Assembly (NCBI RefSeq): GCF_006345805.1
Contig: NW_021832819.1
Span: 1-32,497, forward strand
Direction: 5' to 3'
Origin: Octopus sinensis
Lineage: Eukaryota
DNA: 32,497 nt
How positions within the stretch are numbered: position 1 is the first letter of the stretch; each line of letters opens with the position of its first letter. The position numbers were made by a program, and so were the translations under genes. Of this stretch, positions 21,878 to 32,497 are shown in pieces. Below the pieces are notes generated by a model. That model was given only the letters and a program-made list of their open reading frames with translations, had not been told where the DNA came from and searched no databases.

Positions 21878-22293
21878 GGCGCAGGAGTGGCTGTGTGGTA
21901 AGTAGCTTGTTTACCAACCACATGGTTCCGGGTTCAGTCCCACTGCGTGGCACCTTGGGCAAGTGTCTTCTACTATAGCCTCAGGCCGACCAAAGCCTTG
22001 CGAGTGGATTTGGTAGACGGAAACTGAAAGAAGCCTGTCGTATATATGTATATATATATATGTGTGTGTGTGCGTGTGTGTTTGTGTGTCTGTGTTTGTC
22101 CCCCTAGCATTGCTTGACAACCGATGCTGGTGTGTTTATGTCCCCGTCACTTAGCGGTTCGGCAAAAGAGACCGATAGAATAAGTACTAGGCTTAAAAAG
22201 AATAAGTCCCGGGGTTGTGTTGCTCGATTAAAGGCGGTGCTCCAGCATGGCCGCAGTCAAATGACTGAAACAAGTAAAAGAGTAAAGAGTAAA
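21878..22293 (+). mobile_element. SINE family A, full length
   Basis: ggcgcaggagtggctgtgtggt...ggttcagtccc...gaaacaagtaaaagagtaaagagt. Confidence 0.9.
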
Positions 22294-22489
22294 GCCGAAA
22301 GAGACGTAAGTCAAAGCGACGTAAGTTGAAGTATGTCCATATAAGCAAAAGACACAAGGAAACGACAGAACTGCAACACATTTTTCTTTGAATATAGAAA
22401 ACGATGAACTCTCTCGACCCCGTTTAGAGAAATCTGAGATTGAATAAATCAAATTACTGTGATCTGTTGATAAGAGTACAAACAATATA

Positions 22490-22905
22490 GGCGCAGGAGT
22501 GGCTGTGTGGTAAGTGGCTTGCTAACCAACCACATGGTTCCGGGTTCAGTCCCACTGCGTGGCACCTTGGGCAAGTGTCTTCTGCTATAGCCCCGGGCCG
22601 ACCAATGCCTTGTGAGTGGATTTGGTAGACGGAAACTGAAAGAAGCCTGTCGTATATATGTATATATGTATGTATGTGCGTGTATGTTTGTGTGTCTGTG
22701 TTTGTCCCCCCAGCATCGCTTGACAACCGATGCTGGTGTGTTTACGTCCCCGTCACTTAGCGGTTCGGCAAAAAAGACCGATAGAATAAGTACTGGGCTT
22801 ACAAAGAATAAGTCCCGGGGTCGATTTGCTCGACTAAAGGCGGTGCTCCAGCATGGCCGCAGTCAAATGACTGAAACAAGTAAAACAGTAAAACAGTAAA
22901 ACAGT
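22490..22905 (+). mobile_element. SINE family A, full length
   Basis: As above, with (AAAACAGT)n tail. Confidence 0.9.
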
Positions 22906-23397
22906 ACTCTTGAGATATTGGTATGGCTGATATTTCTGTAATTTGTTATTTTCCTTGTTTTGTTGTTGTTGTATTTTTCTTCTGCGTTTCGGATTGGGAG
23001 GAGGGGGGTCTCTTTTTTTTTTAATACAAACAAAACCTGGGGATTTCCTTAAATCATGATATTTCCTTAAATTTCGGGATTCCCCTCATTAGTATCAAAT
23101 AATCTGTTCATTGTCTCTCGCTTTCCCCTCTTGTAAACAGAGCCAAGCCTTAATGAGAATGAATCACAATACAACCTCTAATTACTTAGAATGTCATATT
23201 TAGTAGGAATTGTTTTGATTTTAGTTTTTCTATCTGTTTTTAAGCAGACATTACAATCCTTCTGTCGGTCTCATTGTGCTGCGATGACTCACCAGCCTTA
23301 ATTGTCTCATTATTTACCAAAAACACTCAATCATTACATGTTCGTAAGGAGACTAGCTGGCGGAATCGTTCGCACGTCGGAAAAACAATGCTAAGAG

Positions 23398-23765
23398 GCG
23401 GCGAGCTGGAAGACACGTTAGCACACCGGGCGAAATGCTTAGCGGTATTTAGTCTGCCGCTATGTTCTGAGTTCAAATTCCGCCGAGGTCGACTTTGCCT
23501 TTCATCCTTTCGGGGTCGATAAATTAAGTACCAGTTACGCACTGGGGTCGATGTAATCGACTTAATCCGTTTGTCTGTCCTTGTTTGTTCTCTCTGTGTT
23601 TAGCCCCTTGTGGGTAGTAAAGAAACAGGAAAAACAATGCTAAGCAGCAATTCTTTCGATTTTTAACGTTCTGTGACCAAATGCCGTCGAGGTCGACTTT
23701 GCCTTTCGTCCTTTCAAGGTCGATAAAATAAAGTACCAGTTGAGTGCTGAGGCTGATGTTATTGA
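23398..23765 (+). mobile_element. SINE family B, one full copy plus a partial copy
   Basis: gcgagctgg...gttctgagttcaaattccgccgaggtcgactttgcc... Confidence 0.85.
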
Positions 23766-23804
23766 CAGTTTCACAGAACTTATTTTCACTTTTTAATAAT
23801 CTTT

Positions 23805-24085
23805 CTACTATAGGCACAAGGCCTGAAATTTTAGGGGAAGAAACTAGTCGATTACAATCGACCCTCAGTGTTTCACTGGTACTTAATTTATCGACCCCGA
23901 AAGGATGAAAGGTAAAGTCAACCTCGGCGGAATTTGAACACAGAATGTGGCGATAGGCAAAATACCTATTTCTTTACTACCCACAAGGGGCTAAACACAG
24001 AGAGGACAAACAAGGACAAGCAAACGGATTAAGTCGATTATATCGACCCCAGTGCTTATTTAATCTGGTACTTATTTAATCGACT
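23805..24085 (-). mobile_element. SINE family B pieces in inverted orientation
   Basis: Reverse complement of segments of 23460-23630. Confidence 0.82.
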
Positions 24086-24149
24086 TATTTAATCAGGCCT
24101 TATACCTTTAATAGAAAGGTTTATTATTATTATCATTATTATTATTATT

Positions 24150-24873
24150 CTATGTTTGACTTTTGCTTTATGTCTATACAAGTTGGCTCCAAGTCTCACC
24201 CAGAGACCTCAAGAGACAACAGGTTGGAAGTTCACGTTGTTGTTATGCCTAGTGTGCCATATATTTGGGGTTTTTTTGGTGTTGTACTAGTGAATGTCTA
24301 ATACATAAATTTAATTTTAAAAAAAGTTTGTTTTAAACCTTGGGATTACATAGAGAGTATTTTGCGTAGGATATGAGCAGTTCCCATGAGCACTATCTTT
24401 TGAATTTCTGCCATTTTGGGGTTTCCTGGTATCTGCGTTAGGTAGCAATCAGCCCCTTTCGCTATCATTCCCAGGGCACCTATGACAACAGGTATTGTTT
24501 TAGTCTTCAGGTTCCACATTTTGCTGATTTCTATTTCAAGATCTTTATATTTGCTCAGTTTTTGGTAGGTCTTGACAGATACGTTTATATCGATTGGGAC
24601 AGTCATATCAATGAGGAGGCATGTTCTTTGTCTGAAGTCTTTCAATATGATGTCTGGCATATTTGCATCCATCTTTCTGTCAGTTTGAATGGTGAAGTTC
24701 CAGAGGAGTGAGATGTGGTCATTTTCGAGCACTGGAGGTAGATTGTGTTCCCACCAGTTTTTTTCATGGGGCAAATCCAGGTTTTTGCAAATTACCCAGT
24801 GAATATATTGTGCAGCTCTATCATGCTTGTTGAGGTACTCTGTAGGCGCTAGAAGTCTGCATTTGGAGACAAC
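24150..24873 (-). mobile_element. 5'-truncated R4/Dong-like LINE (RLE endonuclease domain) inside (TAA)n
   Basis: ORF 24346-24774 ...PDIILKD...CLLIDMTVP...KLSKYKDL...IPVVIGALG...IQKIVLMGTAHILRK; upstream EYLNKHDRAAQYIHWVIC; (ATT)n both sides. Confidence 0.9.
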
Positions 24874-24906
24874 ATTATTATTATTATTATTATATTATTA
24901 TTACTA

Positions 24907-24937
<31 letters not shown>

Positions 24938-24940
24938 TAA

Positions 24941-25095
24941 GGTGTTGAGCTAGCAGAAACGTTAGCACGCCAGGCGAAATGCTTAGCGGTATTTCGTCTG
25001 CCGCTACGTTCTAAGTTCAAATTCCGCCGAAGTCGACTTTGCCTTTCATCATTTCGGGGTCGATTAAATAAGTACCAGTTACGCACTGGGTAATC
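24941..25095 (+). mobile_element. SINE family B
   Basis: gagctagcagaaacgttagcacgccaggcgaaatgcttagcgg... Confidence 0.85.
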
Positions 25096-25104
25096 GACCC
25101 CAGA

Positions 25105-25371
25105 ACTTATTCTTTGTAAGCCGAAAAGCTAGATTATGGGGACGTAAACACGCGAGCAGCGATTGTCAGGCGATGGTTGGAGGACAAACACAAACACACA
25201 CACACAAATAAATACATACATATACATTCTTTCAGTTTCCGTCTACCAAATCCACTGGTATGGCTTTGATCGACTTGAGACACTTGCCCAGGTTACCACG
25301 AGTGGGACTGAACCCGGAACACAGTGGTAGGGGAGCAAGGTCCTTACCACACAGCCACGCCTGTGCTCCCA

Positions 25372-25372
<1 letters not shown>
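25105..25372 (-). mobile_element. SINE family A (with deletions)
   Basis: Reverse head and tail segments. Confidence 0.78.
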
Positions 25373-25437
<65 letters not shown>

Positions 25438-25476
25438 TATATATATACTTTATTTTAAGCAGCAGAAAATTCAACA

Positions 25477-25522
25477 AAATCTGTTACTCTGAGTTTCTCG
25501 TTGCCGTTCATCAGACAGTTTT
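25477..25522 (-). ncRNA. Minimal type I hammerhead motif (inverted terminal copy)
   Basis: Identical to 27314-27360 on the opposite strand. Confidence 0.72.
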
Positions 25523-25544
25523 TGCTAGAATGGAACCGATACAT

Positions 25545-25770
25545 TAAAATTTACGTCTAAAAAATCTACACTATTCAGGTTAGCATCTATCGTAACCCGT
25601 AAGCCCATCCTTTGAAAGAAAGCTATGAGGACCTTCCTAAGTCTATCTGATTCATGGCCGTTTAGATTATGCGTGGCTATAAGGCCGTCATCCCTATATA
25701 AACCTGCATCTATAAAAGGGAATTCTATTTTTAGATTATGGAGAATAAAGGCTCCTATGAGCATACATAA
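25545..25770 (-). pseudogene. PLE reverse transcriptase fragment (inverted relative to the endonuclease)
   Basis: GLYRDDGL (YxDD) and VDFLDVNFN motifs typical of Penelope-like RTs. Confidence 0.85.
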
Positions 25771-25781
25771 CTCAGATTAAG

Positions 25782-26236
25782 AAATGCAATTTCAAAAACG
25801 AAAGCTCCTGTCCGTTAGAAGGGAAATGTCTAGTGAAAGGAGTAGTTTATAGAGCCAAGGTGCAAGTGGAAGGCTCATCAGAATACAAGACATACACAGG
25901 GGCTTCAGAAAATTCATTTAAAACAAGATTTTATTCTCATAAAAATTCATTTAAATACACAGAGAATAGGAAGAGGACCAGCCTAGCAAATATGTCTGGG
26001 AACTAAAAGAAAAGGAAGCCCCACCTTTCAACGTGACATGGAGCATTCTGGACAGGGCGGCACCATACAGGCATGGAGCATACAAAAATAATTTCAAGTG
26101 CAAACTTTGTCTATTAGAAAAAATGTACATCTTATTCAAAGACAATAATTCTTTGAATCAAAGAAGTGAGCTAATGAACTTATGTAGGCACGCGGCTAAA
26201 TTTAAAATGTCGAATATAAATATACCATATGGATAG
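25782..26236 (+). pseudogene. PLE GIY-YIG endonuclease domain, frameshifted near 25985
   Basis: CPLEGKCLVKGVVYRAKV...YTGASENSFKTRFYSHKNSF / YVWELK...VTWSIL...CKLCLLEK...LNQRSELMNLCRH, resembling Neptune-type PLE endonucleases. Confidence 0.87.
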
Positions 26237-27313
26237 AGTATATATTTTGTATTTTTGATTTTTGAAATTTTGATTTGACTCTTGAACGATGAGCGCTACG
26301 ATGGATTTTGTTTCCAAGCTATGCGGATCTTAATCCGTATAGCAAAGTCTTATGTTTCTACATATACATCAGGAAAAACCTTCGACCCTGTTTTCAGGTT
26401 ATTGTATTGTATAGGATTACCTTGATTATTTATATTACCTTGATTATTTATAAATGATCCAAAATAGGGTGTTATATTTTATTTTATGTCTTTCGTATAT
26501 ATTTTTTATTAATGCACCCATTCTTTTAAAAAAAAGCAATGTTTTTAAAAAAAGCAATGTTGTCAAAATTAGAATGTTGATGTAAGTATGTGTATAGCCG
26601 AGGATATGTATTTGTAAACATGCGTATCTGTGTATGTGTAAGTGAGAGTATGTTTGTGCTTAAGCACACATATACACGACTGTATGTGTATGTATCCATT
26701 CGAACTTGTTTGTATACTTGTCTCCATATATGCCAATAATGCCGTTACACAGATTGTATACATAATTTTTTCTTATTTCGTTTTTCCCCCACCCCCTTCG
26801 TTCCTTTTTCTCTCTCTTCCTTTCTTTCGTCCCCCCCCCTTACTCAGTATATGAGAATCGCTACATACATGATTTTTAACTTGCGTGCGAGATGGTTTGC
26901 GTGAATATATGTACACATGCATTTATGTGTATATTTAGATTTATATTCATACGTCTGTATATGTATGGCATTAGCGCGCATCCTTTTGTGTATGTTGATA
27001 TATATATGCACATTTTAATAAAAATATGTATTGCAGTGTAATATTTATAACAGGTTTAATTCCTATGAATTAATCTATACTTTCTTCATTAACGTCAATA
27101 TGTATTTTATTCAATGTAAGGTTTTTTCCTCGGATTTTATAATTTTTATAAGTTTTTTTTATATATATATACATATATTTTTGACCTTTTTGTTTATCGC
27201 TCGAAGATTGACCGTTTTTTTCTAAAGGGCCAATCAAACAAGTCCATTTCTTTTTAAAGGTGTAGCGTTTGTAAGAGTCTAGATTGAATTGATATATCGA
27301 TTCCATTCTAGCA

Positions 27314-27360
27314 AAAACTGTCTGATGAACGGCAACGAGAAACTCAGAGTAACAGATTTT
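27314..27360 (+). ncRNA. Minimal type I hammerhead motif in PLE terminal repeat
   Basis: AAAACTGT CTGATGA ACG-GCAA-CGA GAAA CTCAGAG TA^ACAGATTTT; stem I CTGT/ACAG, quasi-palindromic stem III ACTC-A-GAGT. Confidence 0.75.
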
Positions 27361-27459
27361 GTTGAATTTTCTGGTGCTTAAAATAAAGCATATTACTCTA
27401 CCACTGGTATTTGAGTACTCTTTTTTCCACCTTGTTTCACATTTATGTGTTTACTCCGG

Positions 27460-27460
<1 letters not shown>

Positions 27461-27493
<33 letters not shown>

Positions 27494-27502
27494 TATATAT
27501 AG

Positions 27503-27537
<35 letters not shown>

Positions 27538-27726
27538 ATATATATATATATATAATATATATAATGTATATATATATATTATATATATATATATAATATA
27601 TATATATATTATATATTACCCACACATACGCACATACACACACACAGATATATATATATATACATATATACACATATACTATATATATATTTATACATCA
27701 TACATACATACATATATATATATACA
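27461..27726. repeat. (TA)n/(CA)n microsatellite
   Basis: Direct inspection. Confidence 0.95.
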
Positions 27727-28692
27727 TATTGAAAACAAAATAAATTTTTAAATAGTGAACAGTAAGTACACAATGAAATTGTCTGTGACGATAGGTGAGA
27801 AAATAGCGACCTACTTTAAAGGATGGGTTGCAGAACATATAGAGTTCAGAGAGTAAAAGGAAAGGATTTAAAAGCAAATATGTGCAATTTGTACAAATAT
27901 GCAATGACATTATAGAAAATGAAAGCGTTTTACTGAACAATAAAATCAGACGACAGCGTTTGCGTCAAGAAATAATAAAGAGAAGAGAGAAAAATGGAGA
28001 AAGTAAAAAAAAACAAAACAAAACATGATTGATACAAGTTTGGGGAAGGTAAGGGGAGACAATAAACCGAAAATGAGGCAGGGTTTAGGGGACGGGGAGA
28101 ATAAAAAGTAACACTATCGATATAATAGTGGGGAAAAGAAGACGCAGAGAGACCTTTGTAAATATCGAGGACTTTGAGCAACTGGGTGATGGTGTTGGTA
28201 GTGACGGTGAATACAGCATTAACAATGACAATAACCATTTCTACTGTATGCACAAGGCCTGGAATTTTAGGGGAGAGGGGTTAAGTTTATTACATCGATC
28301 CCAGTACTCAAATGGTGCTTATTTTATGGACCCCCACCCCTCGCCTCTCCAAAGGATTTATAGCGTTCGTTACCTCATCTGGCCTAACGGCCCTACCTAT
28401 TTGTCTTTGTTTGGTTTGGTTTGTTGTATGTCCTGTTTTTGTTACCAACTTTGATCCTCCGCAAATCCCAAATTTCATTTTGGTTCGCGGGAGCAACTCC
28501 CTTCAAAGTCTTATGTTGTCGTTCAATGCTCGAAATAAGGAATAGAAGGACAGCCGACAACAGAGGAAGGTTCCTTTTTTTTTTATGTTACTTGTCTTGT
28601 TTTCCATTTCTTTCTCTCGTTCTTTGCGTACCCAACTTTATTTTCGTATTCCATGTTGTTTACGTTTTGTGACGTCCTGTACCCATATATGC

Positions 28693-28723
<31 letters not shown>

Positions 28724-28895
28724 TATATATATATATATAATTTATTTATGTAATATATATATTATATATATATATATTATATATATATATTATAATATAT
28801 ATATATACATATAGGCCTTGGAATATTGTAAGGTCTCGTTTATAACCACATATTAACTTATCACACCTGGCTAATATGAGCATAATGAGATACTC

Positions 28896-28927
28896 ATATC
28901 TACATGGCTGAAACAGCTGTAAGATAT
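28896..28927 (+). ncRNA. Hammerhead remnant lacking the CUGANGA strand
   Basis: ATATCT acat GGCT GAAA CAGCTG TA^AGATAT: stem I arms and stem III are intact, the core 5' strand is absent. Confidence 0.45.
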
Positions 28928-29313
28928 AGTATATATTTATATTTATATTTATTTATATTTATTTATATTTATTTATACATATTGTACTTATTGTATCATA
29001 TTACTCATTGATGTGCACTATTTTGTTCTGTACTATTATGTTTGACCTTGATGTTCCTATGTAGTTGGTTAATAAATAATGTGAATGGGTATTATCTGGT
29101 AGTTGATTATTGATTAAGGTGTATTCCTCCATTTTCTTATTTTGTATTATGAATTTGTGGTAAAACATTTTACCTTCGCCCATATAATACAATAAATGAA
29201 TTAATTGCATCGCAATTCTTAACATTTATGTATTAACTTTGTTGGGTGCTTTACTGGCAGTATATTGGATATATGTTATCCCATGGTGGGTTGCACTCAC
29301 AACGTCTATCTCA

Positions 29314-29361
<48 letters not shown>

Positions 29362-29406
29362 GTGTGTGTAAACATATATATATATGTATGTATATATTTG
29401 TATGAG

Positions 29407-29438
<32 letters not shown>

Positions 29439-29621
29439 CTGTATATATGTATGTGTGTGTGTGTGCTGGTTGTCTACCCCTTATGCAGAGTTTGACCACC
29501 CCCTGTACCTACACCTTAGAACCATCATGGCATCTGATATGGTTTTTTAAACCAGACAATATTCTGAAAAGACACCCACATAGATTATCTGATTTGGACC
29601 ACCAAGAGCAGCAGATAAGTT

Positions 29622-29736
29622 CTAATTTCTGTGGATCTTATAATGTCTTTTGAGGCCTCCATTAGATTTGAAAACCTTATGGCATACCTGGCATTGAAAG
29701 GTGTGCGCAGAATATTTGTTGGAGGTTCGTTTTCCA
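29622..29736 (-). pseudogene. Single C2H2 zinc finger followed by a stop codon, probably an RTE-type LINE ORF C-terminus
   Basis: [36 protein letters not shown]; not in the ORF track; upstream is (TACA)n. Confidence 0.6.
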
Positions 29737-29768
29737 TACATACATACATACATACATACATACATACA

Positions 29769-29800
<32 letters not shown>

Positions 29801-30224
29801 CTTAACCGTTGTCGCAACATGTTTTCATAAGTCTATGTCATGCGGAGCTGTGTCGCAAACTGTATTTTCTGGCCGTTGATCAAAAAGCCGTTTGTGTTTT
29901 GACTCAGATCGCAACCACTTAACAAACAGACTGATTAGTTGGAGATAATCTCGATATGAGGTAAGGGAATTTTCCGTCAGTTTCCGTTACGTTAATGTGT
30001 TAGGATCATATGACAGCTCCACTTTTGTCTAGTGGTTGTCATATGAGAACAATGGCTTTAAAAGGTGAAAGTCACATCCGAATTCAGGACTGTTTTAGCT
30101 TTTTGTTGAGTCCATGTGTTACATTAAACAAAGTAGCAAACACCCCACCACCATATACATACATACACACATACATACATACATACATACATACATAATA
30201 CTACATACATACATACATACACAT

Positions 30225-30259
<35 letters not shown>

Positions 30260-30372
30260 GATATATATATATATATATATATAATATGAGGGGATATTAT
30301 TCCTAACTTACAGGGAAAAATTCAATTTAGAAATACTAAATCAATTTCACAAAATATATATATATGCATGCA

Positions 30373-30747
30373 CTAGCACTATGACCCGGCGTTGCGGATC
30401 ATATGTGCTAGTGCATGCATATACAGCTGCGTGCATGCTCACATACACGCGAGTACTGTCCAAATCTCCGACCAATCACATACAGCTAGCTGCATTCAAT
30501 TGGCGTATCAAGTTTCGGGCATTTTGATTGGGTTTTGATTTAAAAAATTAACAAAAAGTCCACTTCTATTGATTTTTTAATGGTTTTGCAGGGTGACTGG
30601 GAAATGTAAAGATGTGCACGACCACCCTTGAACGGTTTTGAATGACCATAGAAAGTGCGAGCCCTCTAACTGAAAAATTGTGGATTTGTATAAAGGACAC
30701 GCGGACACACACACACACACACACATTTTGCCAGTTATATAGAGAGA
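30373..30747 (-). mobile_element. Non-autonomous Helitron-like element
   Basis: Minus strand: A|TCTCTCTATATAA start; gcaacgccggg and CTAG|T end; internal (CA)n. Confidence 0.65.
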
Positions 30748-31120
30748 TAAATTAGAAAAAAAACACCTTTTATCAATTCAATAATGAAAAATTAAATTAA
30801 ACCATTTAGAAAATTACATATTATAGAAAGATTAAATATAAGATAAAACATATAACATGTAATTTTCTAAATGGTATAATTTAATTTTTCATTACTGAAT
30901 TGATAAAAGGTGTTTTTTTTTCAAATTTGTTCTTCCATTTTCTTATTTGTATTATGAATTTACGGTAAAATATTTTACCTTCACCCATCCAATACAATAA
31001 ATGAATTAATTGCATTGCAATTATAAGCATTTATGTATTTAGTATTTGGGTACTTCACCAGCAGTATATTGGATATCTGATATCCCATAGTGGGTTACCC
31101 TTATAACCCCTATCTTACTT

Positions 31121-31159
<39 letters not shown>

Positions 31160-31179
31160 TATATATATATACTTGTATA

Positions 31180-31388
31180 CGAGAGGGTACTGAGAAGTTC
31201 TTGGCTTTAAGGGTTTTGCGAAAGGTCTAAAGGGAGGCTCAACCATCCGCGTTTCTTTACAGGGCTTAGAAAAACCGAAGGGCTGCTGCAATAAGTGTGG
31301 GAATCTGAGATGGAAATATATTGGATAAAATCATAATTAACTGATTATCCTGTATTTTCTTTTACTCAAAGACAGGAACTTTTCAGCA
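31180..31388 (+). mobile_element. Mariner-derived MITE (right TIR clipped by (GT)n)
   Basis: TA|cgagagggtactgagaagttcttggcttt ... aaagacaggaacttttcagca; interior LQGLEKPKGCCNKCGNLRWKYLD* resembles a mariner transposase C-terminus. Confidence 0.72.
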
Positions 31389-31395
31389 AGTGTGT

Positions 31396-31436
<41 letters not shown>

Positions 31437-31898
31437 TTACACTCGTAATTCCTTGTCCAAAGTGATTAAAATTGTATTTAAAACAAAGAAATATAAAGAT
31501 CTTTTCGGAAGAAAAAAACACTTACAACGTTTATTCCTTTTCCGAAACGTTGCAATGCTCCACATTTGACATACAATTATATCGTGTGTAAAATTATTTT
31601 TAACAATATAATTCTATTTATTTATTTATTTATTTATTAATGTGGCGAAATTTTCTGGCAATGACCTTCGCTGTGCTGTTTGGTCCCCCATGAGCGTAAG
31701 CGACCTCACCTCTAGTTTAGTCGATTATATAAAAAGCTGTACTAAAAGATAAGAGGATAAAAAGGGAATATTATTGAGTTATCAAATATTATTTTTCCTT
31801 CCCGTATTCAAGCAAATATTTCGTATGACTTCCTGTAAAAACATAACAACACTTGATTCGAATGCAAATATTGCAGTATCGTGGCCAGTACCCAAAAC

Positions 31899-32211
31899 AA
31901 ACACACACACACACACACACACACGTATTCACACAAACACACACACACACACACATACGCGTATTGACACAAACACACACACACATACACGTACTCACAC
32001 AAACACACACACGTATATACACGTACTTATATACGTACACATACATTTGCATATACACATACATACTTACATATGTACATTCATACGTACATATACATGT
32101 TTATATGTGCGTGTGAATGTGTGTGAGCGAATGAGTGTAAGCCCTTGTTTTGTCGGGTTGTATACTTCATGCATAACATTATAAAAGCTACAGAGTAAAC
32201 AAATATTCATT

Positions 32212-32265
<54 letters not shown>

Positions 32266-32295
32266 ACACACACACACACACATACATATACATAC
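31899..32295. repeat. (CA)n-rich microsatellites
   Basis: Direct inspection. Confidence 0.93.
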
Positions 32296-32497
32296 AATTA
32301 AGAAAATCTCAAAATTCACAGAGCAAAACATCAACGCACAACCTTTCACAAACTTGTAGGTTTGATGCGCTAACAGCGCCAGAATTCGACCCGACTATGT
32401 TACTAATTTCTAGAAGTGTATAATTAGTTTTGAAAATAAATTTAGATCAAAGTTATATAATGACATTACAATAAAAAAATTATTGTAAAAAAATTCG

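Larger units (their letters stand above)
25447..27460 (+). mobile_element. Rearranged Penelope-like element between (TA)n tracts, with inverted hammerhead-bearing termini
   Basis: ~95-bp inverted repeats at 25447-25541 and ~27294-27391, plus RT and GIY-YIG remnants. Confidence 0.85.

Overview
AT-rich, repeat-saturated eukaryotic DNA. The SINE families and microsatellite landscape resemble an Octopus genome (recognition from memory, not database-checked). No host protein-coding exon can be supported, and nearly all ORF-track entries are microsatellite artefacts. Real coding remnants are all mobile-element derived: a decayed Tc1/mariner DD37D (maT-like) transposase; CR1, RTE and R4/Dong-like LINE 3' fragments; and a rearranged Penelope-like element (PLE) with RT and GIY-YIG segments. 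Non-coding elements include three tRNA-derived SINE families, Helitron-like elements, mariner-derived MITEs and ~200-bp palindromes. The main hidden signal is a set of minimal type I hammerhead ribozymes (CUGAUGA...GAAA, palindromic stem III) from several unrelated sequence families: five motifs with the full catalytic core and three damaged ones. These include inverted ribozyme-bearing termini of the PLE and a candidate tRNA-headed, ribozyme-containing short element with inverted ends.
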